DNA of 64,000 nucleotides from assembly GCA_039798945.1 (NCBI GenBank), contig JBDKFA010000352.1, forward strand, positions 6,262 to 70,261. The letters are read 5' to 3'. Shown here one piece after another: positions 1 to 9,362 of this stretch. The stretch is from Pseudomonadota bacterium. Its GTDB lineage: Bacteria; Pseudomonadota; Gammaproteobacteria; Burkholderiales; Burkholderiaceae_C. The translations under genes were made by a program, and so were the position numbers. Numbering within the stretch: position 1 is the stretch's first letter; each line of letters begins with the position of its first letter. The notes beneath the pieces are model-generated. The model was given only the letters and a program-made list of their open reading frames with translations, did not search any database and was not told where the DNA came from.

Positions 1-859
1 AGGCGATGAGCCCGACGCCGCCGCGCTGCGCGCCCTGGATGCACTCCTCGATGGCGTGCGTGAGGTAGGGCCGGCAGGTGCAGATGTCCGAGCCGAAGAC
101 GTCCGAGCCGTTGCACTCGTCGTGCACGCGCGCGGTGAGCGTGACCGTAGGGTCCGCGAGCGCGCGCACGTCGCCGAACACGTACAGGGTCTGCCCGCCG
201 ATGGGCGGCAGGAAGACCTCGATGTCGCTGCGCGTGACGAGCTCGGGGTACATGCCGCCCGTCTCCTCGAAGAGCGCACGGCGCAGCTCGGCCTCGCTCA
301 CGCGAAAGCGCCGCGCCACGCCGGGCAGCCACCACACGGGCTCGACCGCGATCTTCGTCACGGTGGCCGAGGCGTCCTCTAGCAGGATGTGCCCGTCGAT
401 GGCCAGGCGCTGGAAGGCGATGGCCTGCTTGATCTCGGGCAGGTGGATGTGGGCCTTGGTCACGGCAATCGTCGGCCGGATGTCGTAGCCCTGCTCGAGA
501 TAGCCGGCATAGACCTGCTGCACGCTCGCGCCCCAGGGGTCGATCGAGACGATCTTCTCGGCCTCGCCCCACTGCGGGTGGGGGCCGATGGCGTCGGTGG
601 GCGCAGTGTTGGTGAGGTCGGCGCGGTGCCCGCGCACGAGGTTGCCCGCGGCCACCGCGAGCGCACGGTACACGCCGTAGCTGCCGCTGTGCGTGCCCAC
701 GACGTTGCGCTGGCCGCGATGGGTGGTGGTGCCCACGACGGGGCCGCGCACGAGCGGGTCGGCGGCGCCCCACTGGATCACAGGCGCACCTCCCGGGCCC
801 TGGCCGGGGTGGGAGGTCAGCCGGATGTGGCGCGTGCCTGCAGGGGTGTCGGGGACCAT
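1..859 (-). CDS. GTP cyclohydrolase II-like protein with long N-terminal extension (URC1/Urg1 type), 3' end runs off window
   Basis: Manual translation of the minus strand (not in the ORF track because it is open at the edge): MVPDTPAGTRHIRLTSHP...RNVVGTHSGSYGVYRALA...RVHDECNGSDVFGSDICTCRPYL. The Zn motif and the N-terminal extension match the URC1-like subfamily. Alternative in-frame ATG at 895. Confidence 0.85.
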   Translation of the reverse strand, partial: MVPDTPAGTRHIRLTSHPGQGPGGAPVIQWGAADPLVRGPVVGTTTHRGQRNVVGTHSGSYGVYRALAVAAGNLVRGHRADLTNTAPTDAIGPHPQWGEAEKIVSIDPWGASVQQVYAGYLEQGYDIRPTIAVTKAHIHLPEIKQAIAFQRLAIDGHILLEDASATVTKIAVEPVWWLPGVARRFRVSEAELRRALFEETGGMYPELVTRSDIEVFLPPIGGQTLYVFGDVRALADPTVTLTARVHDECNGSDVFGSDICTCRPYLTHAIEECIQGAQRGGVGLIA

Positions 860-917
860 CGGCGCATCGGCGAAGGTGGGCAAGCGCGCAAGCATAGCGC
901 CGCCGCACAATCACGGC

Positions 918-1781
918 ATGCCCGCCTTCCTGAACCCGCAACAGCTCGCCGCCTGGCACCGCGACGGTTACCTCGTGCTGCCTGGCTTCAAGCAGGCCGG
1001 GGAGCTCGCCGCACTGCGCCAGCGCGCGCATGACCTCGTGCAGGCCTTCGACGAGCAGGCCCCCCGCAGCGTGTTCACCACGCGCGACCAGGCGCGGCTA
1101 GCCGCCGACCGCGCCTTCCTCGACTCCGCACGCGGCATCCACTGCTTCTTCGAGGAGGAAGCCTTCGACGAGGCCGGGCGGCTGCGCCAGCCCAGGGCCT
1201 TGTCGGTCAACAAGGTCGGCCACGCGCTGCACGACCTTGACCCCGTCTTCGACGCCTTCTCGCGCGGGCCCGCGCTCGCCGCGCTCGCCGACGACCTGGG
1301 CCTGCGCGAGCCGCTGCTCGTGCAGTCGATGGTGATCTTCAAGCAGCCGGGCATCGGCGGCGAGGTGCGCTGGCACCAGGACGCCACGTTCCTGCACGAC
1401 GAGCCGGCGAGCGTCACGGGATTCTGGTTCGCGCTCGAAGACGCCACGCGCGACAACGGCTGCCTGTGGGCCGAGCCGGGCGGCCACCGGGGCCCGCTGC
1501 GCGAGCTCTTTGAACGCACGGGCCGCGACGACGCCGCCAGCCTCGCCCTGCGCACGCTGGACCCCGCGCCCTGGCCGGATGCCGCACGGGCGCTCCCGCT
1601 GGAGGTGAGCGCAGGCACCCTCGTGTGCCTGCACGGGCTGCTGCCCCACTACAGCGCGCCCAACCGCTCGGCGCACTCGCGCCACGCCTACTCGGTGCAC
1701 GCCGTGAGCGCCAAGAGCCGGTGGTCGCCCCGGAACTGGCTGCAGCTCGCAGGCGGCCCGCCGCTGCGGGGCTTCGCCTGA
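918..1781 (+). CDS. Phytanoyl-CoA dioxygenase family Fe(II)/2-oxoglutarate oxygenase (PHYHD1-like)
   Basis: NKVGHALHDLDPVF, QSMVIFKQPGIGGEV, HQD facial-triad motif, ALEDATRDNGCLW, distal His in HGLLPH. Start set at ATG 918. Confidence 0.9.
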   Translation: MPAFLNPQQLAAWHRDGYLVLPGFKQAGELAALRQRAHDLVQAFDEQAPRSVFTTRDQARLAADRAFLDSARGIHCFFEEEAFDEAGRLRQPRALSVNKVGHALHDLDPVFDAFSRGPALAALADDLGLREPLLVQSMVIFKQPGIGGEVRWHQDATFLHDEPASVTGFWFALEDATRDNGCLWAEPGGHRGPLRELFERTGRDDAASLALRTLDPAPWPDAARALPLEVSAGTLVCLHGLLPHYSAPNRSAHSRHAYSVHAVSAKSRWSPRNWLQLAGGPPLRGFA

Positions 1782-1814
1782 ACAAGCAAACAGGCGCGGC
1801 CGGGACCGCGCCTG
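1781..1814 (-). terminator. Probable intrinsic terminator of the TonB receptor gene
   Basis: Stem CAGGCGCGG/CCGCGCCTG (1791-1814) followed on the minus strand by TTTGCTTGTT; lies between convergent genes. Confidence 0.6.
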
Positions 1815-1859
1815 CTGCAGGCAACCGGACGACCGAAGGGCCCGGCCCGCCCCGGCCAA

Positions 1860-4800
1860 TCAGAACGCGTACTTCAGCGTCACCTGCACGGCCCACTGCG
1901 ACTCGCCGGCGGCCTGCCGCGTCACGAAGTCCTCCAGCGAACCCAGGCTATAGACGTACTTGCCCGCGGCATTGATGCCCGCGTAGTTGACGAAGCTGCG
2001 GTTGCTCGGGAAGCCGATCTCGTCGATGCGGCCCCACTTGCGGTTGAGCAGGTTGCCGAAGTTCAGGAAGTCCAGCGACACGCTCGCACGGTGCTTCTTG
2101 GACAGCGCGGGCAGCTCCTGGCTGATGCGCACGTCGAAGTTGTTCACCCACGGCGCGAACTGGTTGTTGCGCCCGACCACGCCGCCCTTGGCGGAGGCCA
2201 GCGCGGGGTTCGCGTTGACGATCTCCCAGAAGCGCGCTTCCTCCGCAGCCCCACCGCGAAACTCCACTTCGCCCGAGCCCGGTGCGGAGGGGATGTACAT
2301 CAGGTCGTTGCCGCCAACGCCGTCACCATTCATGTCGTTGAGGTACGTCCAGCTGTAGGGCTTGCCGCGGCGGCCCTCGTAGAACACGCCCACGCTCGTC
2401 TTGTAGCTGCCCACGAAGGCGCGCGCCCAGGTGAGGTTGGCCGAGATGCGGTCCTTCACCAGGTAGTTGGAGTTCTGCAGCACCTCTTCGTTGGGGTTGA
2501 AGATGTTGCGGTTCAGCCAGTTCGAGTTGGACACCGAGGAGGTCAGCGGACTCACCTCCTTGGCCTGCGTGTAGGTGTAGGCCACGCCCCAGCCGAAGCC
2601 CGAGGCTGCAGGCTTGGACAGCGACAGCGTCACGGCATCGCCGCCGCCCTGGCTCGTCTCGCGCGCCAGCAGCACGTTGTTGAAGTTCGGGTTCGACAAC
2701 GCCTTGTTGCGGAAACCCGTGCATGCCCCGCCCGTCAGGCCTGACCCCGTGGCCGTCCAGCACGCCGGGTTGTAGCCCTGCGCGGTGTAGAAGAGCTGGC
2801 GCCCGTCCGGGCCGGTGCGCGTGGGGCCGCCCAGATTCAGGTGCTCGTAGGCAATGCTCTTGTTCGTCTTGGTGTTGAGCCACTCCACGCCGGCGACCAG
2901 GCGACCCACAACCGGCAGCGCCGGCAACTCCGCGTCCAGCGCCAGGTTAGCCTTCCACACCGAGGGCTGCTCCAGCCCCGGCGACAGGAAGTCCACGTTC
3001 GGCGCCGGCGGCGTGCCCGTCAGCGAAGGCTGCTTGCTCGGGTCGGGGTTGAACCTGGCGTTGGCCGCCGCGCAGGCGCCCAGGTTCTGGCAGCTGTACA
3101 CGGCCGCGGCCATGCCGGTGTTGGAGAAGGGGTTGGACAGCCAGACGTTGGCCGCCGCACCCTGGAACAGGCCGAAGCCCCCGCGCAACTGGGTGCGGCG
3201 CTCGGCGGGCAGCGTCCAGTTGAAGCCCACCCGTGGCTGCACGAGCGTGGCGCCATCCAGCGTCACTGAGTTGTCCAGACCGAACCCGCCGGACTGGCGC
3301 ACGCCCGTGGCGGCGTTGCCCGGCACGAGCGCCGCGGCGGCGGCGGCGTTGTACAGCGGCTTTTCCGGCACCTCCAGCATGTCCACGCGCACGCCGAACT
3401 GCACGTTCAGCGCCTTGCTCACGCGCCAGGTGTCCTGCAAGAAGGCGCCCGTCCCCGCGTAGCTCCACTGCGCCACGGCGTCCGACAGCGCGCGCCCGGC
3501 CAGCGGCAGCTGCACCTGGTAGAACGAGGGCCGGCCGAGGCGGAAGTTCTCCAGCACCGCGGCTTGCACCTGCGCGGCGGTGGCGGTGGCGCAGTTGATC
3601 GCGCCGAAGCTGTAGGTGAGCGTAGCCGAGGAGTTCTCGCACTGGAAACGGTACTGCCCGTTGGTGTCCTGCAGGAAAGCGTTGTAGATGTCGTTTTCCG
3701 AGCGGTCCAGGCCGAACTTCCACTCGTGCGCGCCGCGCGTCCAGGTGGCGCCCAGGTAGGCATCGATGGTCTCGGTGCGCAGCACGTTGAAGTGGCGGCT
3801 GCGCTCGGTGCCCAGCAGCAAGTCGCGGTTGTTGGCGTTCGTGCCGGATGGCGCATCGGCAGGCAGCGCGCCCGAGAAGCGCAGCGCGATCTGCGGCAGC
3901 CGCACGCCGTTGACCGGCACCGGCTCGCTCGCGTAGTCGCGCTTGGAGAGCTTGAACTCGGTGCTGAAGCTCGGCGTCCAGTCGGCGAACCACTGCGCCA
4001 CCACGCTCTCGAGCTGCTTGCCCTGGTTGTACCAGTGTGAGCTCAGCGACAGGCTCGTGGGATTGAAGCCCACGAGGAAGGGCTCGGTCTGGTCGGTCTT
4101 GGTCCAGCGCAGGCTCGCGCGGTGGTTGTCGTTGATGTTCCAGTCGAGCTTGACGAGGGCGTCCTTCACCGCCACGCCCAGGCCGCCGGGCACATCGGCC
4201 GAGCCCACATCCACGCCCCAGGTGTTCCTGGCCACGTCGATCGCACCCTGGATGGCCGACTGCGTGATGCCCACCGTCGTGCCGGTGCTGCCCCCCACGG
4301 GGCCGAAATCAGGCCGGGTGCGCGAGCTGAAGAAGTCCTCGTAGGCGGCAAAGAAGAAGAGCTTGTCCTTGATGATCGGACCGCCCAGCGTGAAGCCCTT
4401 GGTCTCTTCCTTGAAGGCGCTCGCGTCGAAGTAGGTGCCCGCCGCGCGGTTGTAGCGCTGGCCCACCATGTTCTCGTCGCGCATGACCCAGAACACGCTG
4501 CCCTTGACCTCGTTGGAGCCGCTCTTGGTGACGGCATTGATGTTGGCGCCCGTGTAGCCCTTTTGCGTGACGTCGAAGTTGCTCAGGTTCACCTGCACCG
4601 ACTGGATGGCCTCGATGGACACCGGCTGCTTGATGGTGGGCAGGTTGTTCGACTCCAGGCCGAAGGTGTCGTTGACATTGACGCCGTCGATCGTGATCGA
4701 GTTGAAGCGCGTGTTCTGGCCGGCCGCGGAGATTTCGCCGCGCTCCTTGTCGGTCTGCGCCAGGCGCGGGTCCAGGCGCGCGTAGTCCTGCAGGTTGCGC

Positions 4801-5261
4801 TGGATCGAGGCGAGCGCGTCGAGCTGCGCGCTGCTCACGTTGGTGCCGGCACCCATGGTGGCGCTGTTGAACTTGTCGCTCACCGCACTGCCGGTGACCA
4901 CCACCTGCGTGACGGTGCCCAGCGTGGCATCCAGGCCCGTCGTCTCGGCCAGCGTCAGGAACACGTTGTCGCGCCGCTCGGAGACACCGGCCTTCGTGAT
5001 CGTCACCGTGTAGGGCCCGCCCACGCGCAGGCCGCGCGCGCTGTAGCGGCCATCGGCGTCGGTGGTGGTGGTGCTCACCGAGCGCGACTCCACGTGCAGC
5101 ACCGACACCGTCGCCCCGGCCACCGGCTTGCCGTCGCTGCCGGTGATGCGCCCGCCAAGCGCGGCGGTGGTGTTCTGCGCGAGGGCCGGCGCGGCCAGCA
5201 CGATCGCAGCGGCCGCCGCGATGGCGGTGCGGGGGAAGATCAGGAAGGGATTGGCGCTCAC
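1860..5261 (-). CDS. Oar-like TonB-dependent receptor with N-terminal carboxypeptidase-regulatory-like domain
   Basis: Signal peptide (...APALAQ), GGRITGSDGKPVAGATV domain, plug motif NSITIDGVNVND...NAVTKSGSN, long beta-barrel, C-terminal Phe. GTG start at 5261 follows a GAGGAG RBS. Confidence 0.9.
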   Translation of the reverse strand: MSANPFLIFPRTAIAAAAAIVLAAPALAQNTTAALGGRITGSDGKPVAGATVSVLHVESRSVSTTTTDADGRYSARGLRVGGPYTVTITKAGVSERRDNVFLTLAETTGLDATLGTVTQVVVTGSAVSDKFNSATMGAGTNVSSAQLDALASIQRNLQDYARLDPRLAQTDKERGEISAAGQNTRFNSITIDGVNVNDTFGLESNNLPTIKQPVSIEAIQSVQVNLSNFDVTQKGYTGANINAVTKSGSNEVKGSVFWVMRDENMVGQRYNRAAGTYFDASAFKEETKGFTLGGPIIKDKLFFFAAYEDFFSSRTRPDFGPVGGSTGTTVGITQSAIQGAIDVARNTWGVDVGSADVPGGLGVAVKDALVKLDWNINDNHRASLRWTKTDQTEPFLVGFNPTSLSLSSHWYNQGKQLESVVAQWFADWTPSFSTEFKLSKRDYASEPVPVNGVRLPQIALRFSGALPADAPSGTNANNRDLLLGTERSRHFNVLRTETIDAYLGATWTRGAHEWKFGLDRSENDIYNAFLQDTNGQYRFQCENSSATLTYSFGAINCATATAAQVQAAVLENFRLGRPSFYQVQLPLAGRALSDAVAQWSYAGTGAFLQDTWRVSKALNVQFGVRVDMLEVPEKPLYNAAAAAALVPGNAATGVRQSGGFGLDNSVTLDGATLVQPRVGFNWTLPAERRTQLRGGFGLFQGAAANVWLSNPFSNTGMAAAVYSCQNLGACAAANARFNPDPSKQPSLTGTPPAPNVDFLSPGLEQPSVWKANLALDAELPALPVVGRLVAGVEWLNTKTNKSIAYEHLNLGGPTRTGPDGRQLFYTAQGYNPACWTATGSGLTGGACTGFRNKALSNPNFNNVLLARETSQGGGDAVTLSLSKPAASGFGWGVAYTYTQAKEVSPLTSSVSNSNWLNRNIFNPNEEVLQNSNYLVKDRISANLTWARAFVGSYKTSVGVFYEGRRGKPYSWTYLNDMNGDGVGGNDLMYIPSAPGSGEVEFRGGAAEEARFWEIVNANPALASAKGGVVGRNNQFAPWVNNFDVRISQELPALSKKHRASVSLDFLNFGNLLNRKWGRIDEIGFPSNRSFVNYAGINAAGKYVYSLGSLEDFVTRQAAGESQWAVQVTLKYAF

Positions 5262-5447
5262 GGGGCGGCTCCTCGAAACGGTTCCGGACAGGGCAGTGCT
5301 CGCACGACGAGAGCAAGGCGCGGGCCAGCCCCGCGGCCACCGACCGAAGCGGCCGGCATTCACCCTGTAACAGCCAGGGATGCTAGCGCCCGGCCGTGAA
5401 ACTTCGGTGACGTTTCGCGTCTACCCAGGGTAAACCCGAGCCCGCTG

Positions 5448-6506
5448 TCAGGTGGGCTGCCAGGTGGCCAGCGCCTTCCAGGCGCGCTGGCGATGCACGG
5501 CGTCCAGGAACGACGCCTGGGCCGCGAGCTCGCCCATGCGTCGCAGGTCCTCCCAGCCGAGGCTGGCTGCGGTGACCAGGCGCGCGGCCTCCAGGCTCGC
5601 CGTGACGCGCGACATCAGCCGGTTGTCGGTGTGGAAAGAAAGCGACACGCCGGCCCGCCACAAGGCCCCGATCGGGTGCGCAGCCAGCGAGGGTGCCGCA
5701 CCGGTGTGGACGTTGCTCGTCGGACACACCTCCAGGTGTGCCCCCGCCTGGCGCAGCGTGCGCAGCGCCGAATCGCCTTCCGGCGTGCCGAGCAGCTCGG
5801 CCAGCCGCACGCCGTGGCCGATACGCCGGGCCCCCAGCTGCACCGCCTCGATCACCCGCACGCCGGCGTCGGCCTCGCCCGCGTGCAGCGTGAGCGGCAG
5901 CCCCTCCTCGCCCAGCCGGGCGAGCAGCCGCGCGTGGCGCGTGGCCGGCCAGCCCGCCTCGGGGCCGGCGAGGTCGAAACCCACCACGCCGCGGCCGCGC
6001 CAGCGCAGCGCGAGCTCGGCCGCCGCCTGGATGCGCGCGTCGTCCTCGTGGCGCATCGCGCACACGATGAGCCCGCTGGGCAGCTCGCTGCGCGCGAGCC
6101 CGCGCAGGATTGCCGCCACCGCCTCGTCCCCGTGCACCCCATGCGGCTCGAACAAGAGCGGCGCGATGCGGAACTCGGCGAGCACGCAGCCGTCGGCGCG
6201 CGCGTCCTCGGCCGCCTCGAAGGCCACGCGCTCCAGCGCCTCGGGCGTGGCCATGGCCGCCACCGTCAGCGCGAAGCCACGCAGGTACTCCTCGAGGGAG
6301 CCGGCGTGGGCGCGGGCGTCGAACCAGGCCGCCAGGCCGGCGACATCGGCCGCGGGCGCGGGGATCCCGCGCCCGCGCAGCAACTCCAGCAGCGTCGCCT
6401 CGCGCAGCCCGCCATCCAGGTGCTCGTGCAGCAGCACCTTGGGCAGGCTGCGGGCGCGGGCGAGCACATCGGGGGCGATATCCGGGAAGGCGGCGGCGTC
6501 GGTCAT
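5448..6506 (-). CDS. add: Adenosine deaminase family protein
   Basis: LHEHLDG, HAGE, RIGHG, CPTSN and TDN metal-binding motifs. Confidence 0.9.
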   Translation of the reverse strand: MTDAAAFPDIAPDVLARARSLPKVLLHEHLDGGLREATLLELLRGRGIPAPAADVAGLAAWFDARAHAGSLEEYLRGFALTVAAMATPEALERVAFEAAEDARADGCVLAEFRIAPLLFEPHGVHGDEAVAAILRGLARSELPSGLIVCAMRHEDDARIQAAAELALRWRGRGVVGFDLAGPEAGWPATRHARLLARLGEEGLPLTLHAGEADAGVRVIEAVQLGARRIGHGVRLAELLGTPEGDSALRTLRQAGAHLEVCPTSNVHTGAAPSLAAHPIGALWRAGVSLSFHTDNRLMSRVTASLEAARLVTAASLGWEDLRRMGELAAQASFLDAVHRQRAWKALATWQPT

Positions 6507-6689
6507 CGGGCAATGGTAGTGGGCGGCAACACGCCACGGGCCTGGCTGCGCCGGCCCCCCCGGGCTGCAGGCGGTGTCCGGCCCGGGCGACCGGAAGACC
6601 GGGCCTTGGCAAGCCCGGGGTGCCTGCGCGCGCGCGAGTTGTTATCCTGCGCGCCGACCCCCAGCCCCACCTCAGCCCAGGAGCTCCCC

Positions 6690-7679
6690 ATGACCTTCAA
6701 GCTGCCGGCCCTCACGTTCGGCGTCCTCGCCCTCGCGTTCCTCAGCGGCCCCGTCGCGGCCCAGGCCCAGGCCCAGCCCGCCGTCATCTACGACATGGGC
6801 GGCAAGTTCGACAAGTCCTTCAACGAGGCCGCGTTCCGGGGCGCAGAGCGCTGGAAGCAGGAGACGGGCAAGGCCTACCTCGACTTCGAGATTGCCAACC
6901 CCACCCAGCGCGAGCAGGCCGTGCGCCGCATGGCCGAGCGCGGGGCCAACCCGATCGTGGGTGTGGGCTTTTCGCAGGGTTCGGCTATCGAGAAGGGCGC
7001 CAAGGACTTCCCGAAGCAGCAGTTCGCGATCATCGACTTCGTGGTCGACCTGCCAAACGTGCAGTCGATCGTCTTCAAGGAGCACGAGGGCAGCTTCCTC
7101 GTGGGCATGATGGCCGCGCTGGCCAGCAAGACCGGCAAGGTCGGCTTCGTGGGCGGCATGGACATCCCGCTCATCCGCAAGTTCCAGTGCGGCTTCGAGC
7201 AGGGCGCCAAGTACGCGAACCCGAAGGCGGAAGTCTTCGCCAACATGACCGGCACCACGCCCGCGGCGTGGAACGACCCCGCACGCGGCGGCGAGCTCGC
7301 CAAGGCCCAGTTCGCCAAGGGAGCGGACGTGATCTTCGCTGCCGCCGGCGGCACCGGCATCGGCGTCTACCAGGCCGCCAAGGACGCGGGCAAGCTCGCC
7401 ATCGGCGTGGACAGCAACCAGAACCACCTGCAGCCCGGCACGATGCTCACCTCGATGGTCAAGCGCGTGGACGTGGCCGTCTACAACGCCTTCAAGGGCA
7501 CCAAGCCCGGCGTGCAGTCCCTCGGCCTCAAGGAAGGCGGCGTGGACTACGCGATGGACGAGCACAACGCCAAGCTCGTGAGCGCGGACATGAAGAAGAA
7601 GGTCGACGCGGCCAAGGCCGACATCATCGCCGGCAAGCTCAAGGTCATCGACTACATGGCGGCCAACGCCTGCAAGTGA
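6690..7679 (+). CDS. BMP-family (nucleoside) ABC transporter substrate-binding protein
   Basis: Signal peptide; GGKFDKSFNEAA, FKEHEGSFLVG, AIGVDSNQ, SMVKRVD. ATG 6690 follows AGGAG. Confidence 0.92.
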   Translation: MTFKLPALTFGVLALAFLSGPVAAQAQAQPAVIYDMGGKFDKSFNEAAFRGAERWKQETGKAYLDFEIANPTQREQAVRRMAERGANPIVGVGFSQGSAIEKGAKDFPKQQFAIIDFVVDLPNVQSIVFKEHEGSFLVGMMAALASKTGKVGFVGGMDIPLIRKFQCGFEQGAKYANPKAEVFANMTGTTPAAWNDPARGGELAKAQFAKGADVIFAAAGGTGIGVYQAAKDAGKLAIGVDSNQNHLQPGTMLTSMVKRVDVAVYNAFKGTKPGVQSLGLKEGGVDYAMDEHNAKLVSADMKKKVDAAKADIIAGKLKVIDYMAANACK

Positions 7680-9337
7680 GCACCGCCGCGGCCGCGCCCG
7701 CGGCCTTTGCCGTCGAGCTGCGGCGCATCGACAAGCGCTTCGGCGCCGTGCACGCCAACCGCGCGGTGAGTCTGGCCGTGCGCGCGGGCAGCGTGCACGG
7801 CCTGGTCGGGGAGAACGGGGCGGGCAAGAGCACGCTGATGTCGATCCTGTACGGCTTTCACCCGGCCGACAGCGGCGAGATCGCGGTGCACGGGCGCGTC
7901 GCGCACATCGGCAGCGCGCACGACGCGATCGCACTCGGCATCGGCATGGTGCACCAGCACTTCATGCTCGTGGACAGCCTGAGCGCACTGGACAACGTGA
8001 TGCTCGGCGCCGAGCCGCACTGGCGCTTGCCCAGAGCGCGCGCCCAGGTGCGCGAACGCCTGCGCGCGCTGATGGCGGACACCGGGCTCGAGGTGCGGCT
8101 GGACCTGCCCGTGGAAGAACTGCCGGTGGGTGAGCGCCAGCGGCTGGAGATCCTGAAGGCACTGTACCGGGGCGCGCGCATCCTGATCCTGGACGAGCCC
8201 ACGGCCGTGCTCACGCCTCAGGAAGCGGACACACTTTTCGTGACCCTGCGCGCCCTGCGCGCACGCGGCACGACGATCCTGCTGATCACGCACAAGCTGC
8301 GCGAGATCCTGGCGCTGGCCGACCACGTGACGGTGATGCGCCAGGGCGCGGTGGTGCTGGACTGCCCGATCGGGGAGACCTCGCTGGACGGCCTCGCGCA
8401 GGCGATGGTCGGGCGCGCGGTGCGGCTCGGCCGCGCGGCGGCAGAGGGCCAGGCCGCTCCGGCATCCGGCCCATCGAGCCTGCCCGGTACGGCAGGTACG
8501 CCGGGTACTCCTGGTACGCCCGACGCGCCAGCCCTGTTGCGCGCCCAGGGCCTGACCTGGCGCGACGCGCTGGGCGTGGCGCGGCTGGCCGAGGTCTCGC
8601 TGACGCTGCACGCTGGCGAGATCGTCGGCGTGGCCGGGGTGTCGGGCAACGGCCAGAGCGAGCTCCTCGACGCGCTGGCCGGGCTGCTCGAGCCCCAGGC
8701 CGGCACGCTGGAGATCGAAGGCGCGCGCTTCGCCCCAGGGCGCTGGCTCACACCCAGGCGCGCACGGGCCCTGCGCGTGGCCCACGTGCCGGAAGACCGC
8801 CACCAGCGCGGCCTCGTGCTGCCTTTTGCGGCGTGGGAGTCGGCCGCGCTCGGCTACCACCGCCGCTTCAGCCGGCTCGGCTGGCTCGCGCGCAGGGCCA
8901 TGCGCCAAGCCGCCGAGGCCATGATGGAGCGCTACGACGTGCGCCCGCGCAACGCGCTGCTGCGCAGCGCCAACTTCTCCGGCGGCAACCAGCAAAAGCT
9001 CATCCTCGCGCGCGAGGCCGCCCAGGCCCCGCGCGTGCTGCTCGTGGGCCAGCCCACGCGCGGCGTGGACATCGGCGCGATCGAGTTCATCCACGCCCGG
9101 CTGCGCGAGATGCGCGACGCCGGCGGCGCGGTGCTGCTCGTCTCCTCCGAGCTCGATGAGATCCTCGCGCTGGCCGACCGCGTGCTCGTGATGAACGCCG
9201 GGCGCATCGTGGGCGAGCTGCCGATCGCGCAGTGCGACGAGGCTGCGCTGGGCCGGCTGATGGGCGGTGCCGCGCCAGCCGACCCGGCTGCCGCGCAGCA
9301 GCCCGGCACGCACGCCGCCGCGCCCCTGTCCGCCTGA
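7676..9337 (+). CDS. Nucleoside ABC transporter ATP-binding protein (tandem ATPase domains)
   Basis: GENGAGKST, LDEPT, SGGNQQK, QPTRGVD. GTG start overlaps the upstream stop (GTGA). Confidence 0.92.
   Translation: MSTAAAAPAAFAVELRRIDKRFGAVHANRAVSLAVRAGSVHGLVGENGAGKSTLMSILYGFHPADSGEIAVHGRVAHIGSAHDAIALGIGMVHQHFMLVDSLSALDNVMLGAEPHWRLPRARAQVRERLRALMADTGLEVRLDLPVEELPVGERQRLEILKALYRGARILILDEPTAVLTPQEADTLFVTLRALRARGTTILLITHKLREILALADHVTVMRQGAVVLDCPIGETSLDGLAQAMVGRAVRLGRAAAEGQAAPASGPSSLPGTAGTPGTPGTPDAPALLRAQGLTWRDALGVARLAEVSLTLHAGEIVGVAGVSGNGQSELLDALAGLLEPQAGTLEIEGARFAPGRWLTPRRARALRVAHVPEDRHQRGLVLPFAAWESAALGYHRRFSRLGWLARRAMRQAAEAMMERYDVRPRNALLRSANFSGGNQQKLILAREAAQAPRVLLVGQPTRGVDIGAIEFIHARLREMRDAGGAVLLVSSELDEILALADRVLVMNAGRIVGELPIAQCDEAALGRLMGGAAPADPAAAQQPGTHAAAPLSA
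8486..8521 (+). repeat. Degenerate 9-bp tandem repeat encoding GTA-GTP-GTP-GTP linker
   Basis: ggtacggca ggtacgccg ggtactcct ggtacgccc in the inter-domain linker of the ATPase. Confidence 0.7.
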
Positions 9338-9362
9338 AGGCCGCACGCCCGGGGCCGCCACG

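Noticed and set aside
1-859. Calling the first gene ribA
   Set aside because: The long N-terminal extension indicates the URC1-like subfamily rather than the riboflavin enzyme.
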